Source of the DNA: a virus
Virus record (IMG/VR): IMGVR_UViG_3300043424_000316
Coordinates: 13,221-77,220 of that record
Strand: one strand, 5' to 3'
Length of the DNA stretch: 64,000 bases
Made by a program: the position numbers and the translations under genes. Shown here in pieces: positions 58,105-64,000 of this stretch (positions are counted from its first letter, which is position 1; each line of letters opens with the position of its first letter). Below the pieces are notes generated by a model that was given only the letters and a program-made list of their open reading frames with translations, had not been told where the DNA came from and ran no database searches.

Positions 58105-58839
58105 TCAGTTGTTCATAATATATTGAATTTCATACCAATTCATTTTTTCTAAATTTATACCGTTCTTGTACTGTAAAAACATTTTTGAGTATATCGTTTT
58201 AATCTTGTTGATAACACTTGTAATGTACTGTGAATTTACACCAGTTCTTTCTCTAACCAATATGTATATCGCTTTCTTATTGTAATTTTCTATATTTTCT
58301 CTCGTCTTAAACAGATATAAAATAGAATCGGCAACTTGAACATCCCTTTGTTTAGTAAAGAAAAGTGGTAAATGTTTCTCAACAACATTTACAAAAATAT
58401 CAATAAAATCTTTCTTTTCTTCGATAGATTCATGTCTAATTTTTTCATTAACTATATTTCTTTCTAAATCTATCGCATCTATGTTTTGACTTCTTTTGAA
58501 GTGATAATAGTTTTTATTATTCTCTGCAATAAGATAATTTTTAGCAACAATCGAAAAATATGAAAAAGCCTTACCATTTTCTGCCTTATATTTAGTAATT
58601 TTTTCATGTAAAAAAGAAATCACTTCATGTTTGACATCCTCATGTGATACATCAAAGTTATAGAACTTAAATCTATGTATCATAATTTCAGCAAGTTTGT
58701 AAAATGCAGGATGAATTTTTTGTGTGTATATCAAATTTCTTTGAAACTCATCTTCCATTGTGTTGTACAATACTATTGCATCTTCTGTTTCTTTGGTAAA
58801 GTAAACATTAGGTTTTTTAGGACTTCGTTTTTGCTTCAT
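58105..58839 (-). CDS. Phage sigma factor, T4 gp55-like (late transcription)
   Basis: FYKLAEIMIHRFKF...DVKHEVISFL..KITKY...KAFSYFSIVAKNYLI resembles sigma region 2 of gp55-type proteins. Confidence 0.6.
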   Translation of the reverse strand: MKQKRSPKKPNVYFTKETEDAIVLYNTMEDEFQRNLIYTQKIHPAFYKLAEIMIHRFKFYNFDVSHEDVKHEVISFLHEKITKYKAENGKAFSYFSIVAKNYLIAENNKNYYHFKRSQNIDAIDLERNIVNEKIRHESIEEKKDFIDIFVNVVEKHLPLFFTKQRDVQVADSILYLFKTRENIENYNKKAIYILVRERTGVNSQYITSVINKIKTIYSKMFLQYKNGINLEKMNWYEIQYIMNN

Positions 58840-59207
58840 ATGTAATAATCCTTCTGAAATGAAACATCTGCAGGTTTCTGATTTTGAATAATACTTCTTT
58901 TTTCATCATCCAATGGTTCTTCACCAAAGTAAACGGAAATATCATTTACAATATCTTTCATTTCTTTGAAGAAATATCCAGTTTCGTCATCGGCCTCAAA
59001 CGAACCAATCCTATCTAATTGTCTTAAATAGGATTGTTGTGACCGTATTCTATTTCGTAATTCAGTTAAAAACTTTTCATTCTCTAATAGAGCATCAACA
59101 GTATCTTGTGCCATATCATCTAATTTTTCAAACTTTTTTGTTAAGTTTACATTGACAAAAATAGATATGGTTAAACATATTGATAATACAATTATTGTCA
59201 ATAACAT
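58836..59207 (-). CDS. Membrane-anchored coiled-coil protein
   Basis: N-terminal hydrophobic helix followed by heptads; FEADDETGYFF. Confidence 0.65.
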   Translation of the reverse strand: MLLTIIVLSICLTISIFVNVNLTKKFEKLDDMAQDTVDALLENEKFLTELRNRIRSQQSYLRQLDRIGSFEADDETGYFFKEMKDIVNDISVYFGEEPLDDEKRSIIQNQKPADVSFQKDYYI

Positions 59208-59208
59208 A

Positions 59209-59868
59209 TCAACCTCTCTTATGTTTTGGTGGAATTATTGAATCTATAACACCAAGATTTAATGCATCCGTTGGTGTGATGTAATAATCTTTTATAGTAA
59301 CATTCTTCCAAAATTCTGTATCTTTGTTTGAATTTGATTTTAAGATTTCCAATAGTATTTCTTCTAATTTTTCCATATGTTGAACATTAGCTTTCATATC
59401 AGAAGATTTTCCGTAAATATCAGAACTAATTTCATGGAACATGATAGTTGAGTATTGTGAAGCCAAACGAAGACCGGTTCCTGCACAAAGAATAAGAGCA
59501 GCTGCAGACATTGCCCTACCTCTACAAATTGTATTAACCTTTACATCAAGACTTTGCATATAATCAATAATACCAAGTGCCTCATAAACAGAACCACCAT
59601 CTGAATTGATGATTAAATTTATTGGATCATTTTTATGTTCTTCTGATCTCATGTGAAGAATTGCACGAATACGAGTGATAATATCGTACAAAGAACCATC
59701 CATGATTTCACCAAATAACAAAATGGAAGATGCCTCTACATCAATACCATAATCCATCTGTGTTGTTGCTTCTTTCCATCTAACTGGAATATCGTTTTCT
59801 TTTTCTTTTGATTTATTGTTTACTTGATTTTCTTCAACAATTTCGTCACCATCATAAAAATCGTTCAT
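59209..59868 (-). CDS. clpP: ClpP-family peptidase
   Basis: INSDGGSV, GRAMSAAALILCAG (Ser), IMFHE (His), KDYYIT..ALNLGVID (Asp). AGGAG RBS. Confidence 0.9.
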   Translation of the reverse strand: MNDFYDGDEIVEENQVNNKSKEKENDIPVRWKEATTQMDYGIDVEASSILLFGEIMDGSLYDIITRIRAILHMRSEEHKNDPINLIINSDGGSVYEALGIIDYMQSLDVKVNTICRGRAMSAAALILCAGTGLRLASQYSTIMFHEISSDIYGKSSDMKANVQHMEKLEEILLEILKSNSNKDTEFWKNVTIKDYYITPTDALNLGVIDSIIPPKHKRG

Positions 59869-59904
59869 AACAGAACTCCTGGTTAAAATACAACAATGAC
59901 ATCA

Positions 59905-60993
59905 CTATAAAGATATTCCTCGCCTATATCCAAAATCTGGTTTAGGTTTTTCTTCATAGAATGCCCTTTCAATTTCATTTTGTTCTAATATACTAATTTC
60001 TTCCGTAACTGCCAAGGGTTTTTTTTCTTTTTTATTTTTTTGTCTTTTAGTAGCAGTAACATCATCAGTAATTTTGATATTTTCTATCGATTTATTTTTT
60101 TCTTTTGGTTTCAAAACATCTACAACATCTTCTAAAACTTTTTCTTTTTTAATCGGTGGTGGAGAATCATCGTCTTCTGGTGGAATTTGTTTTTCATTTT
60201 CTTTGTGTTTCAAATGATTAGCAGCAATTACTAAACTAACTGCCAAAGGATCGAATACCGAAACTAATATCAGTATAAACCAATTAACAATAATATCCAT
60301 AGGTGCACCTGTTAATCTACTCAAATAAAGTAGTGGTCCTATTTCTGATGTAAATGTTGAATTTTCAAGAACCAATTTTTCTTGTTCCAATTTAGCAACA
60401 CTATCAGATAAACCAATAGATTTTTGATTTAGTTCCGAAATTTCTTTGTTTAAGGTTTGAGTTGAATTATCAACAGATTGGATATTTTTTTGTAAACCCT
60501 TTGTACCCTTCTTCTGTGTTAGTTGGTTATTCAGAGAATTTTCTTGTGACAATCTTAATTGATCATAAGATGATATTCTCTCTCCCTTTTGTTTTACGAG
60601 TGTATCTATTTGTGATTTCTGTTCGAGGAAAATTTCTTTTTTCTTAACAATCAATGCAATTTTGTTTTGTGTTTCGTATATTTCTTTTGCAGTTTCTTGA
60701 TAAGAATTGGTTAGATACCCATAAACACCAACCGATGTTAATATCATAAGAATAACAGCGGAAGACATTAGATATACTTTGAAAGCAGTTTTGAGAGTTT
60801 TGTAGTGGTCATGTAGGAATGTTATTACCACCAATTTAGAAAATTCTAGCATACCGGCCATACCAACTATTGACCAAGAACCACCAGAAAATAGTTTGGA
60901 TATACCGTAAACAGAATAATATCCCGAAAATACTGCCAATCCGATAGCACAAAACCAGATTAGATTTTTCAGAGAGAATAATTTATTTGACAT
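59905..60993 (-). CDS. Multi-pass membrane protein with a long coiled coil
   Basis: Three N-terminal hydrophobic helices, a coiled coil of about 120 aa, a fourth TM segment (WFILILVSVFDPLAVSLVIA) and a charged tail. Confidence 0.7.
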   Translation of the reverse strand: MSNKLFSLKNLIWFCAIGLAVFSGYYSVYGISKLFSGGSWSIVGMAGMLEFSKLVVITFLHDHYKTLKTAFKVYLMSSAVILMILTSVGVYGYLTNSYQETAKEIYETQNKIALIVKKKEIFLEQKSQIDTLVKQKGERISSYDQLRLSQENSLNNQLTQKKGTKGLQKNIQSVDNSTQTLNKEISELNQKSIGLSDSVAKLEQEKLVLENSTFTSEIGPLLYLSRLTGAPMDIIVNWFILILVSVFDPLAVSLVIAANHLKHKENEKQIPPEDDDSPPPIKKEKVLEDVVDVLKPKEKNKSIENIKITDDVTATKRQKNKKEKKPLAVTEEISILEQNEIERAFYEEKPKPDFGYRRGISL

Positions 60994-60997
60994 TTAT

Positions 60998-61047
60998 ATC
61001 CCAAGATTGTTCTTAATTCTGTAAGAATAAATATGAACATTTGGGAT
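60998..61047 (-). promoter_or_regulatory. Imperfect hairpin covering the RBS region, with an embedded ATATTTAT motif
   Basis: mRNA AUCCCAA..UGUUC...GAACA..UUGGGAU lies immediately before AUG 60993; the motif is at 61027-61034. Confidence 0.45.
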
Positions 61048-61054
61048 TTTGGGA

Positions 61055-61960
61055 TTAGATTCCGTATTCTGTTAGATATTGTTTAAGTGCCAATTCTTTT
61101 GCTTTACATTCCAACATAATATCAACATCATGTCCGTATGTATTGATTTTCTCTAATATGTAATCAGCGTGTGCTTGTGGTTTTTCTTTTGTATTACCGG
61201 TTTCTTTTAATCTTGAAGAAGAATAGTGAACAACTGGTGTAATACCTTCTGGCCATGTTGATATTGCAAGTTCAAGGGCTTGTTGTTCAGTTAAATCGCC
61301 TGTGCAGAATTGGTGGTGATGATAGTCAAATACGATAGGAATACCAACACATTCATGTATTTTCATAAGGTCTTTAACTGAATACATATTCGGTTTGTCA
61401 TCATTTTCAATGGTCATTCTTGAACGGACACTATGCGATAGTAATTGAAAGTTTTGACACCAACGGTCAAGTGAAGCATTCTTGTCACCATAAACGCCAT
61501 TACAATGTATGTTGATTTTGTTGTATGGTGTATGCGATAATCCCATCATATCAAATACCCTACCATGTAGTTCCAAATCGATTATTGTATTCTTTACAAC
61601 ATCTGGATTTGGTGAACATAGAACATTAAATGGACCAGGATGACATGATAGACGGACACCATTTTCATTTGCATACTCACCGATTCGTTTGAGAACAATT
61701 TTTATTTTATCAATATCTTTGAGTTGTTCCAAGTCATACTCAGAACCCCAAGGAAATACATTGGAAGATGTACGGAAGAAGTAAATACCGTTTTGAACAT
61801 TCCATTTGATAATTCGTTCCATATCAACCACATTCAGATATGCAAGTTCGGAACAATAGTCTAAACCTTTTTGTAGAAATGTTTTCTTAATCATGGAACG
61901 GTTGGTGGTGATTTTATCTTTTGATAAAGTCATGTTGATGCAGGCATATCCGAGTTTCAT
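61055..61960 (-). CDS. uvsE: UV-damage endonuclease UvsE/UvdE
   Basis: MKLGYACIN, FFRTSS, RLSCHPGPF.VL.SP, INIH, IENDD, VFDYHHH, HYSSS, AHAD and MLECKAKE. Confidence 0.95.
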   Translation of the reverse strand: MKLGYACINMTLSKDKITTNRSMIKKTFLQKGLDYCSELAYLNVVDMERIIKWNVQNGIYFFRTSSNVFPWGSEYDLEQLKDIDKIKIVLKRIGEYANENGVRLSCHPGPFNVLCSPNPDVVKNTIIDLELHGRVFDMMGLSHTPYNKINIHCNGVYGDKNASLDRWCQNFQLLSHSVRSRMTIENDDKPNMYSVKDLMKIHECVGIPIVFDYHHHQFCTGDLTEQQALELAISTWPEGITPVVHYSSSRLKETGNTKEKPQAHADYILEKINTYGHDVDIMLECKAKELALKQYLTEYGI

Positions 61961-61991
61961 AGGTTGGCGTTAATGTTTAATGAATAATAAA

Positions 61992-62022
61992 CCAATATAC
62001 GAAATTTACAAATACGATCAAA
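61992..62022 (-). promoter_or_regulatory. Candidate Bacteroidota-type sigma70 promoter for uvsE
   Basis: Minus strand TTTG-N19-TATATTGG, intergenic. Confidence 0.5.
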
Positions 62023-62023
62023 A

Positions 62024-62707
62024 TTATTTTACTTTATGACCATAAAACTCCGATAAACTATCATACATACCATTCGTGTCAAATTGGTTGGCAATAATTT
62101 GTTGGCATCTTTTTTGGAATAATTCTATATGGTCTCCCCATCTACTTTCAAAAAGATGATATGTTTTATTTTCATAAACAGTACCAATTCCGTAATACCC
62201 ATAATTTGATAATCTCCAAACACCATCTTTCTTGGGAACTCCATCAAATTTTGTAGGATATAAACAACGGTATCTCTTTCCTTTTTCATCAGCAACATGG
62301 CTGATTTCTTCAGCAACATCTGAACGAATGGTTGGATAGAATGTTGGTTTACCGAGAAATTCATAACACGATTTTGTTATTACGAAAAATGAAGGTGCAA
62401 CAAACACATGAGTTTTTGGGTGTATATGGTTTGACACTTGTGCATTACCGAATAAACTATCGTTTTCAGTAACATAGTGAATTGCCTCGTCATAAACATC
62501 ACGATTGAGTGGAACGCAATCAATATCAAAAAATACATAAATATCCGCATCAGTGTTACGGCAAACTGCATTCATCCACAAACCATGTTCTATATTCATA
62601 TTGTGATATTCAACAGGAATATCAAAATGATTCATAACATTTTTATGTGATTGTAGTATTCTATTATCTACATTATCCCAATGAAGTGTATTTACAGAAA
62701 TTTTCAT
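62024..62707 (-). CDS. GT-A fold glycosyltransferase-like protein
   Basis: YVFFDIDCVPL DxD motif; paralogue of 1..368. Confidence 0.65.
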   Translation of the reverse strand: MKISVNTLHWDNVDNRILQSHKNVMNHFDIPVEYHNMNIEHGLWMNAVCRNTDADIYVFFDIDCVPLNRDVYDEAIHYVTENDSLFGNAQVSNHIHPKTHVFVAPSFFVITKSCYEFLGKPTFYPTIRSDVAEEISHVADEKGKRYRCLYPTKFDGVPKKDGVWRLSNYGYYGIGTVYENKTYHLFESRWGDHIELFQKRCQQIIANQFDTNGMYDSLSEFYGHKVK

Positions 62708-62723
62708 AATATAACCTTTGTAT

Positions 62724-62749
62724 AAAAAAACCCCTACAAATTGTAGGGG
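62724..62749 (-). terminator. Intrinsic terminator
   Basis: GC-rich palindrome CCCCTACAA-x-TTGTAGGGG followed by 7 T on the minus strand, downstream of the lipoprotein gene. Confidence 0.75.
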
Positions 62750-62785
62750 CTATTATGGGTTTACCCTTTCCATTCCGAACATGGA

Positions 62786-63316
62786 TTAAGGTTTAACTCT
62801 ATCACATGGAACTTTACCAGTTGCCTTCCAAAGATTCCAAAGTGTAAGTTGGTCTTTTCTCAAAATGGTTTCAATATCAGTATTTAGATTTTTAGCACAT
62901 AATGACATTTTTTCTTTATATTGTTTTTCTAAATCCTTTTGTGTTTGACGAAATTCAAAAGTAAGTATTTCTATTTCTTTTCTTGTTTCATCTGTTTTTT
63001 CAACACGGCGATATTTTTCCATTTTTGCATTATACTCTTGACGAAGTGTTTTAATTGATTCTTGAAATTCTTTTTTGCATTCAATAGTACATTCTTTTTC
63101 TTCTTTCAAAATCAATCGTATTACACTATCTTGTTCTCTTGTCAATCTCAAACAAGGCAATACTTGTTCAATAGGAATACGTCTTTTTACAGTATCTTTT
63201 TGAACAGGTGTTCTCTTTTCAAAGATTGTTGTGTCTGATGTTGGTAATGGATTTTCATTACACCCAATTACAAAAATCGATGTACTAATCACTAACAACA
63301 ATAAAAACTTTTTCAT
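62786..63316 (-). CDS. Lipoprotein, helical Spy/CpxP-like
   Basis: Start moved to MKKFLLLLVISTSIFVIG-C (AGGAG RBS, lipobox-like Cys). LTREQ and LRKDQ..W resemble LTXXQ motifs. Confidence 0.6.
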   Translation of the reverse strand: MKKFLLLLVISTSIFVIGCNENPLPTSDTTIFEKRTPVQKDTVKRRIPIEQVLPCLRLTREQDSVIRLILKEEKECTIECKKEFQESIKTLRQEYNAKMEKYRRVEKTDETRKEIEILTFEFRQTQKDLEKQYKEKMSLCAKNLNTDIETILRKDQLTLWNLWKATGKVPCDRVKP

Positions 63317-63329
63317 AAAAACTCCTACA

Positions 63330-63950
63330 TTAGAAATCATTATTTGGATTAAAATTCAAACTACCAGTGTATGAACCACTAGCATGTACTAATCTAATTG
63401 CCAAACCCATATCCATATGAGCAGATATACTAGCAACATCTTTATTTCCCCAATACAATCTAACTGATGTTGCATCTGTTGATCCTGAATTTGTTGTCCA
63501 ATAATTGGCACTCCATCCGAAATCCCAAAATTGACCATTCTCTTTGATATATCCACTTGGATTGCCTGTAAATTCAGATTGATTGTCACCGTTTCCAGAC
63601 TGTCTCCGTAGTGTATTCCAATTTACACTATTTTTTAATTTATGGCCTGCCAAGGAATTTCCACCAAAAGATGCAGCCAAAGTGTTGTAATCAGACAATG
63701 TTGGAACTCTAAATCCAACAGGTGCTATACTTTTTGATGAAGAAACAACATAATAGTTGTATAACTTACCATATTCTTCTTCATTGGAAGGATCAAAGTT
63801 ATAGTAACACCATGCTGGTGTGTTTGTTGATGCAAGTTCTGCCCATTGTTCTGAACTTGAACATTCCGTAATGGGTGTTCCATCTTGGAATGATTCTACT
63901 GCTAAATTTTCTTTTGTCCAAAATTGTGAACCGATTTGAACGATAGCCAT
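63330..63950 (-). CDS. Fibrobacter succinogenes major paralogous domain (FISUMP / Fib_succ_major) protein
   Basis: VQIGSQFWTKENL, PAWCYY, YGKLYNY, APVGFRVPT..DY, AGHKLK, ANYWT and GLAIRLV. Confidence 0.9.
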   Translation of the reverse strand: MAIVQIGSQFWTKENLAVESFQDGTPITECSSSEQWAELASTNTPAWCYYNFDPSNEEEYGKLYNYYVVSSSKSIAPVGFRVPTLSDYNTLAASFGGNSLAGHKLKNSVNWNTLRRQSGNGDNQSEFTGNPSGYIKENGQFWDFGWSANYWTTNSGSTDATSVRLYWGNKDVASISAHMDMGLAIRLVHASGSYTGSLNFNPNNDF

Positions 63951-64000
63951 TAAATTCTCCTATGTTTATCAAATTTATAGATAATCTTCCTATAAATATA

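Noticed and set aside
7175-63950. Diversity-generating retroelement, suggested by the Mtd_N-like N-terminus and the FISUMP domain
   Set aside because: No reverse transcriptase is present and I saw no template/variable repeat pair with adenine-specific mismatches. The 110-bp duplicate differs only synonymously. A DGR elsewhere in the genome cannot be excluded.
1-64000. Stop-codon reassignment as seen in some large phages
   Set aside because: Genes tile densely under the standard code, and TAA, TGA and TAG (e.g. 23735, 59905) all end genes at sensible points.

Overview
This AT-rich, gene-dense 64 kb window is part of a large T4-like phage with a contractile tail. Every credible gene is on the minus strand and uses the standard genetic code. 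From the right end leftwards, in transcription order, there are five blocks. (1) An accessory block: FISUMP-domain protein, lipoprotein, GT-A glycosyltransferase, UvsE, membrane proteins, ClpP and a gp55-like sigma factor. (2) A baseplate block: gp5-like spike, two spike-adjacent putative envelope hydrolases, gp25, gp6/J, a wedge protein and a family of five paralogues sharing a tail-collar-like C-terminus. (3) A small replication/repair island: T7-endonuclease-I-like resolvase, primase and a fused SbcD-SbcC. (4) Ser/Thr/Gly-rich fibre genes, two with almost proline-free (Gly-Thr-Ser)n collagen-like tracts, plus a 28-blade RCC1 protein. (5) Glycosyltransferase and methyltransferase genes interleaved with those fibres, including a GT4 domain fused to an Aah/TibC-type protein O-heptosyltransferase. 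The best candidate for an undescribed system is phage-encoded O-glycosylation of virion and fibre proteins. Regulatory signals include Bacteroidota-type TTTG-N19/20-TAnnTTnG promoters, a candidate late motif (ATATTTAT) and RBS-occluding hairpins that contain that motif. I saw no tRNA, CRISPR array, transposase, reverse transcriptase, capsid, portal or terminase gene. All family calls come from recognising motifs by eye, not from database searches.
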